Positions 48,401 to 58,717 of a stretch of DNA of 64,000 bases are shown here, piece by piece. The DNA comes from an uncultured Oscillospiraceae bacterium (GTDB lineage: Bacteria > Bacillota > Clostridia > Oscillospirales > Oscillospiraceae). A program made the position numbers and the translations under genes. The notes beneath the pieces are model-generated. The model had not been told where the DNA came from and ran no database searches. It worked only from the letters and a program-made list of their open reading frames with translations. Every line of letters begins with the position of its first letter. The first letter of the stretch is position 1. The stretch is from positions 58,945 to 122,944 of the forward strand of contig CAKTKU010000002.1 in the NCBI GenBank assembly GCA_934572335.1. Direction: 5' to 3'.

Positions 48401-48577
48401 GGGATTTATTATGTCAACAAAAATTGACGCGGATTTTTCGGACAAATCTGCCGATCTGTCCGCTTTGCGCGCTATTCTTTATAGACTTTTCTTAGATTTA
48501 GATATATAATTGATTGTATATTATCAGGCGAACTATGGCTGTATATCTGCGCATGGCGTACTGCTTACGGAGGAATT

Positions 48578-50620
48578 ATGCGGAACATACTGGCTGTCTT
48601 CAAATATGACATTAAAACGCTCAGCCAACACTTTTTTGCCATGGCTGTAGCGCTGGCGATATGCCTGCTGCCCAGCCTCTACGCATGGCTGAACATCTAC
48701 TCCAACTGGGACCCTTACGGCAACACCGGCAACATCTCCATCGCCCTCGCCTCCATGGACAAGGGCTATGTCGACGATGACGGCACGGTCACGAACAAGG
48801 GCGACGAGGTGCTCGACAACCTCCGCGAGGCGACGAGCATCAACTGGATCTTCCTCGACAACGAAGAGGAGGCAGTCAACGGCGTGTACTCCGGCGAATA
48901 CTACGCCGCCGTCGTCATTGATGAGGACTTCTCCTACAACATGTTCAACATGCTCACGGAGTGGACGGGCAAGCCCAGCATTACATACTATGAAAACGCG
49001 AAGAAAAACGCCGTCGCCACGAAGATAACCGACACCGCCGCCGAGAGCGTGAAGACCTCGATAAACGAGGCGTATCTTGAGGTCGTCATCAACACTGTGA
49101 TGGAGTCGGCCAACCGTATCGCCGAGGACATTGAGAGCGACGACCCCTCCGGCACGTTCCACGGCATTATAAAACAGGCGATAACCACGCTCAAGGCCGC
49201 CGACCAGACCATGGCGGCGTTCTCCGCCGCGACGTCCGGCATCCCGCAGAACTCGCTCGACACGCAGAGGCTCGACGAGATACTGATGCAGATGGAAGAG
49301 AACATGCCCACAGCGGCGGACATCAACGCGACTGTCGCCGAGATAAACATGAACATCAACGAGATAAACGCGCGCCTTGAGGAAGCGCTGAGAATACTTC
49401 AGGACAGCAACAGCAGCGGCGGCGCGGTCGCTAACGCGCAGCAGGTCGTCACCGACAGCGCGGACAGTCTCAAAGCCTTGTCGGAAACGCTCGGAGCCAT
49501 GTCAAATCTGCCCGGGGATTACGGGAAGCTGATGACGGATATGTCAGACGCCGCGAACGAGACGAGCAAGTGGCTCTATATGCTCGCCGAGCAGGAGATA
49601 CTCGCCGGCACGGTGGAAAACGTCAGCTCCTCGCTTGAAACGCTCATCGCGCTCAACTCATCGTTCATTCCCTGCGTGGAGGATATAGGGCGCGAGCTCT
49701 CGGCGACGTTCCTCAACGTGGCCGACCTGCTCGAAAGCTCAAAGATCATGCTCAGCGACGCGGCAGTGCTCAAGGAAGCCGCGGCGCAGACGAAGGCCGA
49801 CGCGAACGAAGTTGTCAACATCCTCAAGCCCGCCGGAAAGCGCGTGACCAATTCGCTCAACGATGTGCTGCACCGGCTGGAAACGCTCGACGGCGAGGAA
49901 TATATCCAGACGCTCATTGAAATTCTCGGCGGCAGCCCGGTGGTCTACGGCGAATACTTTGCCCAGGTCGTGCAGACGACCGTCACCCCCGTGTACCCCA
50001 TTGAAAACTACGGCTCCGCCATGGCGCCGTTCTACACGATACTTTCAATATGGGTCGGCGGCGTTATGCTCGGCGCGATATTCAAGCCGCACGCGCGGCG
50101 CGACGGGCTCATCGACCCGAAGCCGCACGAGCTGTACTTCGGGCGCTACCTGCTGTTCTTCGTGCTCAGCCAGATACAGACCGTCGTCATTCTGCTGGGC
50201 GACCTGTTCATACTCAAGATACAGTGTCTGCACCCCGGGCTGCTGTTCGTGTGCGGCGCAGTGACGAGCTTCACATTCAGCCTGCTGATCTACTCGCTCG
50301 CCGTATCGTTCGGCGACGTGGGCAAGGCGATCGTCGTTGTCGTGATGGTTTTGCAGATTGCGGGGTCGAGCGGCACCTTCCCGATAGAGCTTCTGCCGGA
50401 AATTTTCCGGAAGATATACCGCTTCTTCCCGTTCCCCTACGCCATCGACGCAATGCGCGAGTGCATATGCGGCGTATACGGCAGCACGTTCATCGTAAAG
50501 CTGGGGCAGCTGCTGATCTTCGCTGTGGTGGCGCTGCTGATAGGACTGTTCGCGCGCAAGCCATTCATCGGCGTGAACGACTTCATGGAAGAGCAGCTTG
50601 AAGAGACCGGGATGTTTTAA
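48578..50620 (+). CDS. YhgE/Pip-domain membrane protein (phage-infection-protein / EsaA-like)
   Basis: 680 aa. N-terminal TM, large Ala/Glu/Asn-rich coiled extracellular domain, C-terminal multi-TM bundle with the YhgE/Pip C-terminal pattern (GSAMAPFYT...GSSGTFPIELLP). Confidence 0.75.
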   Translation: MRNILAVFKYDIKTLSQHFFAMAVALAICLLPSLYAWLNIYSNWDPYGNTGNISIALASMDKGYVDDDGTVTNKGDEVLDNLREATSINWIFLDNEEEAVNGVYSGEYYAAVVIDEDFSYNMFNMLTEWTGKPSITYYENAKKNAVATKITDTAAESVKTSINEAYLEVVINTVMESANRIAEDIESDDPSGTFHGIIKQAITTLKAADQTMAAFSAATSGIPQNSLDTQRLDEILMQMEENMPTAADINATVAEINMNINEINARLEEALRILQDSNSSGGAVANAQQVVTDSADSLKALSETLGAMSNLPGDYGKLMTDMSDAANETSKWLYMLAEQEILAGTVENVSSSLETLIALNSSFIPCVEDIGRELSATFLNVADLLESSKIMLSDAAVLKEAAAQTKADANEVVNILKPAGKRVTNSLNDVLHRLETLDGEEYIQTLIEILGGSPVVYGEYFAQVVQTTVTPVYPIENYGSAMAPFYTILSIWVGGVMLGAIFKPHARRDGLIDPKPHELYFGRYLLFFVLSQIQTVVILLGDLFILKIQCLHPGLLFVCGAVTSFTFSLLIYSLAVSFGDVGKAIVVVVMVLQIAGSSGTFPIELLPEIFRKIYRFFPFPYAIDAMRECICGVYGSTFIVKLGQLLIFAVVALLIGLFARKPFIGVNDFMEEQLEETGMF

Positions 50621-50635
50621 AGGAGGTGCAGTGCA

Positions 50636-51289
50636 ATGCCTGACAGCAGATATCATCAAATGTTTGACCGCCTCGTCAGCGAGGTCACTGCCATTCATCA
50701 GGCGAACCAGCAGCGCATACATAAGGGGCTTTGGGGCATGGTCATCGTGCTCGTGCTGTACCTGACGCTGCTGTTCGTGACGCAGGGGTCTAAGGTCATT
50801 ATACTGCTGCTGTGGATAATGACCATGTTCGCGCTCGCGGCGTACCTCATCGCGGTCGAATACCTCAACCACGAGCTGAAAAAGAAGCTGGAGCACATCA
50901 CGCAGATGGAGCTTGACCTCGGTCCCACGGCGGCTGACCCCGTCGCGGAGGCGAACCTTGCGAAGCTGCGCGGGATGATCGCGGCGACACCGTCGCTCGT
51001 GGACGTTATTCTCCGCCGCCTTGAAAACGACGCGCAGAGCGCCCCCGCCGCGGAAGAGAGCACGCCCGAGGGCGAAAAAGCCGTGGCGGAAGCGGTGGCG
51101 ATAGTTGAAAACACGATAGAGGCCGAGGCAGAAGAGGTCACTGAGGAGGCGGAAGCCCCCGCCGGTGAGACCAGCAACGCCGATAACGCCGCGAGCGCAG
51201 ACGGCGAGACTGACAGTGCCGCGAGCGCCGAGGTCAAAGCCGCCAGTACAGATAAAGAGAGCAGCGAGTCGCCGGAGGTGCGCGTATGA
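50636..51289 (+). CDS. small membrane protein (2 TM) with Glu/Ala-rich acidic C-terminal tail
   Basis: 217 aa, two hydrophobic helices then low-complexity acidic region; tightly packed between the two YhgE/Pip genes (15-nt gap upstream, ATGA overlap downstream). Confidence 0.5.
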   Translation: MPDSRYHQMFDRLVSEVTAIHQANQQRIHKGLWGMVIVLVLYLTLLFVTQGSKVIILLLWIMTMFALAAYLIAVEYLNHELKKKLEHITQMELDLGPTAADPVAEANLAKLRGMIAATPSLVDVILRRLENDAQSAPAAEESTPEGEKAVAEAVAIVENTIEAEAEEVTEEAEAPAGETSNADNAASADGETDSAASAEVKAASTDKESSESPEVRV

Positions 51290-53937
51290 AAAACATATGG
51301 GGCATATTCTGCCGCGACATCGAAAAGTTGACAGAGAGCGTTGTGCCGGTCATCGTCATTATCGGTCTCTGCCTTGTGCCGTGCCTCTATGCATGGTTCA
51401 ACATCATGTCCAACGCCGACCCCTACGGTCCGGCGTCAACGTCGAACATCAAGGTCGTCGTCGCAACGGAGGACAAGGGCAGCGATCTTCTGGGGCTTGA
51501 GCTGAACATCGGCGACATGGTCATTGACGGCATAAAGGGCAACGACCAGATGGGCTGGTGCTTTGTGGACACGCGCGAGGAGGCCATGGACGGGCTCTAC
51601 GCGGGCGACTATTACGCCGCGCTCATCGTGCCCAAGGACTTTACGAAGAACTTTCTCAGCATTCTTGACGGCGACCTTGTCCACCCGGAGGTCGAGTATT
51701 ACGAGAACGAGAAGAAAAACGCCATCGCGCCGAAGATAACGAACAAGGCGAAGACCGCCGTGCAGGAGCAGATAAACAGCACCATCGTCAGCAAGGTCGC
51801 GGATTCGCTGAAAACGATAAGCTCCATCTTCAACGCGCTCGGTCTTGATTCGGACGATATTGCCGACGGGCTGACAGAAAAGATGGACAGCGCGTGCGAA
51901 AAGCTGGACACGATGCGAAAGCTCATGCGCTCGGTCAAGGTGCTCGCCGCCGACACGCAGAATCTGCTTGAGGTCGGCGCGATAACGCTGGACGATGCGG
52001 GGCAGGTCATGATCGACGGGGGCGCGGTGTCCCATCAGGCGGGCATCACCGCCGGCACGATATATGATTCCTCCGTCACATCGGAGCAGAACATTCTCAA
52101 CGCCCTCAACGACATTGATCAGAACCTTGCCGACACGATAAACCTTTTCGGCGCGTGGGCGGGCGATCCTCAGTTTGCCGACAATGTTGCCGGGTATCTC
52201 GACAGCGCGAGCGACGCGCTTTACTACGCCGAGTCGCTGGGTGCTGACTTGTCCAGCGTCGATTTCGGCACCGTGCAGGACAATATCAGCAGCATGCGCA
52301 GTCTGCTGAACAACACGACCGACGATGCTTTCTCGCAGGAGTATCTGAATTACTCTGGACTCACGGTCACGGAGCTGAACACTTACAGCGCGGACGCGAA
52401 TATTGCCGCGAACGCCATCGCCAATGCGCTCAACTACGCAAACGCCGTCTATAACGACCTCGCCTCCGGCATCGACCCGTCTGCTGACTTCAACGCGCTG
52501 GGCAATGAACTCAGCACGGCAAACACGTACACGGATATGAGCTATGAGCTTTCCCTGTACAACGCCGCGGTCGACGCAAACAACTTCGGCGATTTCGGCT
52601 CCGCCATGAGCTATATCAACGACCTCAGCCTCATGCTCGACAGCAAATACAGCCTCATCAGCGAGGCAGCGGGCTATATCGACAGCGCGTATAGCGATGT
52701 CGCCGCCGCGCAGCAGCTCGTATACGATTATCAGGATAAGCGCGCGTTCTACGACCAGACGTTGGTGATGATACAAGCAAATATTGACGCGCTGGTATCG
52801 CTCAAAGCTGTCGCGCCCGCGACATCGCAGGCGCAGATACAGGCTATCATAGATAGGCTTTCGGCTCTGTACGACACCGTGAAGACGTCCGGCGATCCCG
52901 CAAACGCGGAGAGCTTCATCGCACAGGCAAACGAGATACGCCAGCAGCTGCGCGAGGCGGCGCTGTCGCTCAACTCCAACGTGAACGGCATGATACAGGA
53001 TGCCGCACAGCAGACGCAGGAGACCATGGCGAGCATGGAGGAGCTGATGATAGCGGGCGCAGACGGCGCTGTGAGCCTTGCCGACACGATGCAGCGCTTT
53101 GCCGGCGCCATGGCCAGCTCGCAGCTCACCATTGACGAGGCGATAGAGCTCTCCGATCAGGTGTATGACTACGTCAAGAGCGTGGCGGACGACGTGCGCC
53201 GCATGGTCAACAGCGAGGCGTTCCACCAGATAATGGACGTGCTGGAGAACAACCCGGACGGACTGGCGGATTACCTTGTCTCACCTGTGGATATGCGCAC
53301 GGTCATTGTGTACGAGATCGCGGACTACGGCTCCGCCATGTCGCCGTACTACATCATGCTGGCGCTGTTCGTCGGGTCGCTGCTGTCGGTGGCGATGATA
53401 AAGCCGCTCGTCCCCTATCCGGAGTTTGCGAATGTCCCGCAGATACAAAAGTACTTCGGGCGGCTGCTGCTCTTCCTGTTCATCGGGATGTTCCAGGCGC
53501 TCGTCACGTCGCTGGGCTGCCTATTCTACGTGAAGATACAGTGCTTGAGCCCGCTCCTCTTCGTGCTGGGGTGCATGATCATCTCGCTCAACTTCATGAT
53601 GATGAACTACTCCTTCTCCTACGCGCTGGACAATGTCGGTCTCGCCGCGTCGGTCATCATCATGGTCATTCAGGTGGCGGGCTCCGGCGGCTCGTACCCC
53701 ATCCATGTCCTGCCGCAGATATTCCAGGATCTCTACGCTTTCATGCCGTTCCACTACGGCATGGATCTCGTGCGCGAGTGCGTGGGCGGGTTCTATCAGG
53801 GCACATATCTCAAGTGTGTGCTGATACTGCTGCTGATGTGCGTGATATTCTTCGTCATCGGCATCACGCTCTACTACCCGGCGAAGAAGCTCAACGAGAT
53901 AATCGCCAAGAGTAAGGAAGCCTCCGGCGTCATGTAA
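51286..53937 (+). CDS. YhgE/Pip-domain membrane protein, second larger paralogue
   Basis: 883 aa with the same architecture as 48578..50620 (GSAMSPYYIM...GSGGSYPIHVLP); longer coiled-coil region. Confidence 0.75.
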   Translation: MKNIWGIFCRDIEKLTESVVPVIVIIGLCLVPCLYAWFNIMSNADPYGPASTSNIKVVVATEDKGSDLLGLELNIGDMVIDGIKGNDQMGWCFVDTREEAMDGLYAGDYYAALIVPKDFTKNFLSILDGDLVHPEVEYYENEKKNAIAPKITNKAKTAVQEQINSTIVSKVADSLKTISSIFNALGLDSDDIADGLTEKMDSACEKLDTMRKLMRSVKVLAADTQNLLEVGAITLDDAGQVMIDGGAVSHQAGITAGTIYDSSVTSEQNILNALNDIDQNLADTINLFGAWAGDPQFADNVAGYLDSASDALYYAESLGADLSSVDFGTVQDNISSMRSLLNNTTDDAFSQEYLNYSGLTVTELNTYSADANIAANAIANALNYANAVYNDLASGIDPSADFNALGNELSTANTYTDMSYELSLYNAAVDANNFGDFGSAMSYINDLSLMLDSKYSLISEAAGYIDSAYSDVAAAQQLVYDYQDKRAFYDQTLVMIQANIDALVSLKAVAPATSQAQIQAIIDRLSALYDTVKTSGDPANAESFIAQANEIRQQLREAALSLNSNVNGMIQDAAQQTQETMASMEELMIAGADGAVSLADTMQRFAGAMASSQLTIDEAIELSDQVYDYVKSVADDVRRMVNSEAFHQIMDVLENNPDGLADYLVSPVDMRTVIVYEIADYGSAMSPYYIMLALFVGSLLSVAMIKPLVPYPEFANVPQIQKYFGRLLLFLFIGMFQALVTSLGCLFYVKIQCLSPLLFVLGCMIISLNFMMMNYSFSYALDNVGLAASVIIMVIQVAGSGGSYPIHVLPQIFQDLYAFMPFHYGMDLVRECVGGFYQGTYLKCVLILLLMCVIFFVIGITLYYPAKKLNEIIAKSKEASGVM

Positions 53938-53946
53938 AAAAATATA

Positions 53947-53980
53947 CTGGCTGTCCAACCGGGCAGCCAGTAATTTTTTA
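53947..53980. terminator. bidirectional intrinsic terminator
   Basis: CTGGCTGTCC-AACC-GGGCAGCCAG hairpin followed by TAATTTTTT. Confidence 0.65.
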
Positions 53981-53988
53981 TGTATTCT

Positions 53989-54807
53989 TCACTTTTCGCA
54001 TTTACCAAGCTGATAGAACGCCACGGCGCTCGCCGCCGCGACGTTGAGGGAATCCACCCCGTGGGACATCGGGATGCGCACGGTATAGTCGCAGCCAGCA
54101 ATGGTCGCGGAGGCAAGTCCGTCCCCCTCCGTGCCGAGCACCACGGCAAGGCACTCCTCCGCCGCGAGGCGCGGGTCGGCAATGCTGAGCGAATCATCCC
54201 GCAGCGCCATCGCCGCCGTCTTGAACCCCAAGCCGCGCAGAAGCTCCGTCCACGGTCTGTCCTCCGGCAGGTATGTCCACGGCACCTGGAACACCGTCCC
54301 CATGCTCACGCGCACGGCGCGGCGGTACAGCGGGTCGCTCCCCGCGCTCGTGAGCAGCACGGCGTCCATGCCAAGCGCCGCCGCCGAGCGGAAGATCGCG
54401 CCGATGTTCGTCGGGTTCATCACGTTTTCCAGCACCGCCACGCGCGTCATGCCGCGCAGCAGCTCCTCCGCCGGGAGAAGGCGCGGGCGGCGCATCGCGC
54501 AGAGCATGCCGCGCGTGAGATGAAACCCCGTCAGCGCGGTCAGCACCTCCAGCGGCGCGGCGTACACGGGTATATCCCCGCAGCGGGCGATGAGCGCGCG
54601 CCCCTTGCCCTCCACGTGCTTCGTCTCCATCAGAAACGACACCGGCACGCACCCCGCGTCCAGCGCCCGCCCAATCACGACGGGGCTCTCGGCGATGAAA
54701 AGCGCGTCCTCCGGGTGCGCGCGGTTGACGAGCTGGTTTTCCGTCAGGCGGGCATATATGTCCAGCTCCGGCGCGGAGAAATCGGCGATTTCTATCACAT
54801 TCGGCAT
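53989..54807 (-). CDS. TrmH/SpoU-family RNA 2-prime-O-methyltransferase
   Basis: Start at MPNVIEI (RBS AGAGGAAAA); SPOUT motifs (LENVMNPTNIGAIFRSAAALG, VLGTEGDGL, SLNVAAASAV). Confidence 0.8.
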   Translation of the reverse strand: MPNVIEIADFSAPELDIYARLTENQLVNRAHPEDALFIAESPVVIGRALDAGCVPVSFLMETKHVEGKGRALIARCGDIPVYAAPLEVLTALTGFHLTRGMLCAMRRPRLLPAEELLRGMTRVAVLENVMNPTNIGAIFRSAAALGMDAVLLTSAGSDPLYRRAVRVSMGTVFQVPWTYLPEDRPWTELLRGLGFKTAAMALRDDSLSIADPRLAAEECLAVVLGTEGDGLASATIAGCDYTVRIPMSHGVDSLNVAAASAVAFYQLGKCEK

Positions 54808-55088
54808 GGTGTTTTCCTCTTTCGGGTGTTGTTTTCTTTCATTATACCTCACAGCGCCCGCCGGTTCAACAGCGATCGCCGCGCAGTGTTCACCAAAAGT
54901 TTATCTTTTCGTCCCGCCGTACTCTTGACCTCGACCTGACTTTAGGTTATATAATAAAGGACAGCTGGTTCAGCCATATCGCGGTTGAGGTCCCCGGCGA
55001 GGGGTGCAGCAACGAATAGTGCGAGCCGGTGAGCGACGAGGAATACAGCAAGCTTTAAGCTATTTTAGATATAAGGAGGATATATATC

Positions 55089-55418
55089 ATGGCTGTCAAA
55101 CAGACCGCCGGGCGCGACGCACTCGGCGAATTCGCCCCGAAATTTGCCCAGCTCAACGACGATGTGCTCTTCGGCGAGGTGTGGAGCCGGGAGGACAAGC
55201 TGTCACTGCGCGACCGCTCGCTCGTCACCGTCGTGGTGCTGATGGCACAGGGGCTGACGGATGAGAGCTTCCGCTACCATCTGATGAGCGCGAAGAAAAA
55301 CGGCATAACCAAGGATGAGATCGCCGAGATCGTCACCCACGCCGCGTTCTACTGCGGCTGGCCGAAGGCATGGGCCGTGTTCCGCATAGCAAAGGAGATC
55401 TGGGCAGACGAAGAATAA
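55089..55418 (+). CDS. carboxymuconolactone-decarboxylase (CMD/AhpD-like) family protein
   Basis: 109 aa; AhpD-like helix pattern with the conserved HAAFYCGWP region. Confidence 0.75.
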   Translation: MAVKQTAGRDALGEFAPKFAQLNDDVLFGEVWSREDKLSLRDRSLVTVVVLMAQGLTDESFRYHLMSAKKNGITKDEIAEIVTHAAFYCGWPKAWAVFRIAKEIWADEE

Positions 55419-55425
55419 CGGCATA

Positions 55426-55457
55426 TAAAAACTGAGGGCAGGCACCCTCAGTTTTTT
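55426..55457. terminator. bidirectional intrinsic terminator
   Basis: CTGAGGG-CAGGCA-CCCTCAG hairpin followed by TTTTTT. Confidence 0.65.
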
Positions 55458-55468
55458 ATATCACAGTG

Positions 55469-56389
55469 TCACGCGAAGTAATGCTCCAGCGCGCAGGCAA
55501 AGCGCGCGTTGAACTTATCCGCCGCCTCACGCGCGAGGGCGGTGTCCGGCTGCATCATGTCAAAGGCGTGCATATCCGTGTGGTATACGTCGACCTCCGC
55601 GGGAATGCCGCAGCGTCTGAGCGCGTCGATATAGCTCAGCGTCTCGGCATAGAACGGCTCCCCGTCGCCGACGAAGGTGTAGGCGGGCGGCAGGGCGGTG
55701 TAGTCCGTCTGCCGCGCGGGCGCGGCATAGGGCGAAACATCGTCCCGCTTTGCGCTGCCGCGCAGATACATCCGCCACGCGAGGTGATTTTTGCGCGTGT
55801 TCCACACGCGGCCGTGGTTGTCGCGCGAGGACGCGGTGTCGAGATTATCCAGCATGGGGTACAGCGGCATCTGGAAAGCGACCTTCACCTCTCCCCTGTC
55901 GCGCGCGAGCATGCACACCGCCGCCGTCAGTCCGCCTCCGGCGCTCTCCCCGCCGACCATTATCTGTCTCTCGTCGACACCAAGCGCGTCGGCGTTATTT
56001 TTTATGTGCAGCAGCGCCGCGTAGCAGTCCTCCAGCGCGGCGGGGTACGGCGCGAACAGCGCCAGCCTGTACCCCGGCGACACGACCGTCACGCCGAAGT
56101 CTTTCACAAGCTCCACCGCGCGCGACATGTACACCATTTCCTTCATGCCCGAGATATACCCGCCGCCGTGTATCCACAGCACGCACGCGCGCGACCGCGC
56201 GCCGCCCCTCGGCGTGAGCACGAGCGCCGGGATCGTCCGCCCCTCCGCCGCGATGCGTATTTTCTCCACGCAAATGTCCTTGTCCGGTCTCATCGACTTC
56301 ATACTCTGCCCTCTTTTCATTAGTGCCATCAGTATACCACAGCGAACGCCGGAGAAAAAGTGCGTATTTCGCAAATTTATATCCCCCAT
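55469..56389 (-). CDS. alpha/beta hydrolase fold-3 esterase/lipase (Aes-like)
   Basis: HGGGY oxyanion motif (LWIHGGGYISG), GESAGG nucleophile elbow, Asp/His downstream. Confidence 0.8.
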   Translation of the reverse strand: MGDINLRNTHFFSGVRCGILMALMKRGQSMKSMRPDKDICVEKIRIAAEGRTIPALVLTPRGGARSRACVLWIHGGGYISGMKEMVYMSRAVELVKDFGVTVVSPGYRLALFAPYPAALEDCYAALLHIKNNADALGVDERQIMVGGESAGGGLTAAVCMLARDRGEVKVAFQMPLYPMLDNLDTASSRDNHGRVWNTRKNHLAWRMYLRGSAKRDDVSPYAAPARQTDYTALPPAYTFVGDGEPFYAETLSYIDALRRCGIPAEVDVYHTDMHAFDMMQPDTALAREAADKFNARFACALEHYFA

Positions 56390-56473
56390 GGGGGCTTAAA
56401 ATGCCGCATCGTATCTGCTATACTTTTATCATTCTTTTTAGAATGATGCAGAATGATAAAGAGGTAAAGCAAA

Positions 56474-57631
56474 ATGAAAAAGAAATTGACCGCAGCTATA
56501 CTCGCGCTGGCGATGGTATTCGCGCTTGCCGCCTGCGGCAGCAGCGCCGCGCCCGCGCCGACAGAGGCTTCCGCCCCTGCCGATGATACCGCGGCAGAGG
56601 AGACCGCCGCAGCACCCGAAACGCGCACCGTCACCGACACCTGGGGGCGCGAGGTCGAGATACCATACACCGTGGAGAGCATCGTCTGCCTCGGCTCCGG
56701 CGCGCCGCGCATGGCGGCGTACCTCGACGTTGTGGACATGATGGTGGGCGTTGAGGATCACGACAAGGAAAACTACACCGTGCTGCGCGACTATAACCCC
56801 GTCTACCGTGACGAAATAAAGGATCTGCCCTCCGTCGGCTCCGGCGGCGGCAGCGGCGCGAACAACGGCTACGCCGAGGAGATAATCAACCTTGCACCCG
56901 ATGTCATCCTCGCGGGCTTCTCCGCCGAGGCGGCGGACGAGCTTTACGGTCAGACCGGTGTCCCCGTGGTCTGCGTGCGCTATCTCAGCCGCAATTTTGT
57001 CGACGACAGCTTCTATGACGCGATGCGCGTGTTTGCCGAGGTCGTCGGCGCGCAGGAGCGCTGCGAGGCGGTGCTCGGCTTCATTGACGAGTGCAAGCAG
57101 GATCTCGCCGACCGCACCGCCGGTATTCCCGACAGCGACAAGCAGACGGTCTACGCCGGGGCGGTCACGTTTTCCGGGCGGCACGGCTTCGGCGGGACGT
57201 ATGCCCACTTCGGTCCGTTCATCGGCGTGAACGCGCTTAACGTCGCGGACGAGGCGGAGGATCAGAACTATTACGAGGTCGACCTTGAAAAGGTCATCGA
57301 GTGGGACCCGGACGTCATCTTCCTCGATCCGGGCAACATGGACCTCGTCAACGACGAGTACAGCACCAACCCCGGCTTCTTTGACTCCCTGCGCGCGATC
57401 CGCGAGGGCAATGTGTACACCATGCCCTCATTCAATAACTGCGGCACGAACATCACCTACGCGCTCATGGACGCATATTACGCCGGCATCGTGCTCTATC
57501 CCGAGCAGTTTGCCGACGTGACCATGCCCCAGATCGGCGTGGAGATACTCACCTTCATGCTCGGGCAGGACACCTTTGCCGAGATGGAAGCCGGCGGGCT
57601 TTATTACGGAACGCTTACCATTGGAGAATAA
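56474..57631 (+). CDS. ABC transporter substrate-binding lipoprotein, class III (TroA/FecB/BtuF-like: iron-siderophore or corrinoid type)
   Basis: Lipobox signal MKKKLTAAILALAMVFALAACG, Ala-rich linker, periplasmic binding protein domain. Confidence 0.75.
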   Translation: MKKKLTAAILALAMVFALAACGSSAAPAPTEASAPADDTAAEETAAAPETRTVTDTWGREVEIPYTVESIVCLGSGAPRMAAYLDVVDMMVGVEDHDKENYTVLRDYNPVYRDEIKDLPSVGSGGGSGANNGYAEEIINLAPDVILAGFSAEAADELYGQTGVPVVCVRYLSRNFVDDSFYDAMRVFAEVVGAQERCEAVLGFIDECKQDLADRTAGIPDSDKQTVYAGAVTFSGRHGFGGTYAHFGPFIGVNALNVADEAEDQNYYEVDLEKVIEWDPDVIFLDPGNMDLVNDEYSTNPGFFDSLRAIREGNVYTMPSFNNCGTNITYALMDAYYAGIVLYPEQFADVTMPQIGVEILTFMLGQDTFAEMEAGGLYYGTLTIGE

Positions 57632-57637
57632 ACGGTT

Positions 57638-58717
57638 TTGAAGAGAGAGAGCCTGAAAACGCTCACCCACGATTATGAGCGGTATATATGGAAAAAGTGG
57701 CTCGTGCTGCTGATAATGCTGGCGCTCACGCTCACCGCGGCGCTCGTGTCGCTCGCGGCGGGCTCGGCGGGGCTGTCGGCGGGGGAGGTCATCCGCGCCG
57801 TGCTGCGCCGCGGCGATATGCGCACGGAGACGATAATATGGAACGTGCGCATGCCGAAGCTGGCGACAGCCGCCGTTGTCGGCATGGCGCTGGCGATGAG
57901 CGGCTGCGTGATGCAGAACGTGCTGCGAAACCCGCTCGCCTCGTCGTCCACACTCGGCGTTTCGCAGGGCGCGTCGTTCGGCGCAGCGGTCGCGATCGTG
58001 TACCTCGGCGCGGGCATACAGGTCAACGCCGGGGGCACGTCCTCCGCGCTGACCGTGACGAACCCCGCGCTCGTGACGCTGTGCGCGTTTGCGGGCGGCA
58101 TGGCGACGACCGTCGTCATTCTCGCCATCTCGCGGCTGCGCGGCGTGACCCCGGCCACGATGGTGCTCGCGGGCGTTGCGCTCAGCTCCATGTTCACGGG
58201 CGGCACGGCGCTCATCCAGTATTTCTGTGACGACGTCATGGTCGCCACGGTCGTTTACTGGACGTTCGGCAGCCTAGGGCGCGCCGGTTGGCGCGACATC
58301 GCCATCATCGCGGTGCTGTCGTTCGCAGCGCTCGCGTACTTCATCTTCAACCGCTGGAACTACAACGCCATGGAGAGCGGCACCAGCACCGCGAAGAGCC
58401 TCGGCGTGCCTGTTGACGCGCTGATACTGTGCAGCATGGCAATGTGCGCGCTCATCTCCTCCGTGGCGGTGGCGTTCGTCGGCTGCATCAGCTTCATCGG
58501 GCTCATCGCGCCGCACATCATGCGCCGCTTCCTCGGCAATGACTACCGTTTTCTCATCCCCGGCTCCGCCTTGTGCGGCGCGGCACTGCTGATCGTGTCG
58601 GACATCGTCTCGCGCACTCTCATCTCCCCGACGGTGCTGCCCATCGGCGCGCTCACGTCGTTCCTCGGCGCGCCGCTGTTCCTCTACCTTATCATAAAGC
58701 GAGGCGGGATGAAATGA
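57638..58717 (+). CDS. FecCD-family ABC permease
   Basis: 359 aa, about 9-10 TM, typical FecCD Gly-rich helices; non-ATG (TTG) start in the ORF track. Confidence 0.75.
   Translation: MKRESLKTLTHDYERYIWKKWLVLLIMLALTLTAALVSLAAGSAGLSAGEVIRAVLRRGDMRTETIIWNVRMPKLATAAVVGMALAMSGCVMQNVLRNPLASSSTLGVSQGASFGAAVAIVYLGAGIQVNAGGTSSALTVTNPALVTLCAFAGGMATTVVILAISRLRGVTPATMVLAGVALSSMFTGGTALIQYFCDDVMVATVVYWTFGSLGRAGWRDIAIIAVLSFAALAYFIFNRWNYNAMESGTSTAKSLGVPVDALILCSMAMCALISSVAVAFVGCISFIGLIAPHIMRRFLGNDYRFLIPGSALCGAALLIVSDIVSRTLISPTVLPIGALTSFLGAPLFLYLIIKRGGMK

Noticed and set aside
48411-48509. 32-codon ORF MSTKIDADFSDKSADLSALRAILYRLFLDLDI after the hypB terminator
   Set aside because: No convincing RBS, lies in a promoter-like AT-rich region; cannot be supported without conservation data.
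51436-53226. 596-aa minus-strand ORF
   Set aside because: Antisense to the second YhgE/Pip gene; Arg/His/Val-rich with no motifs.
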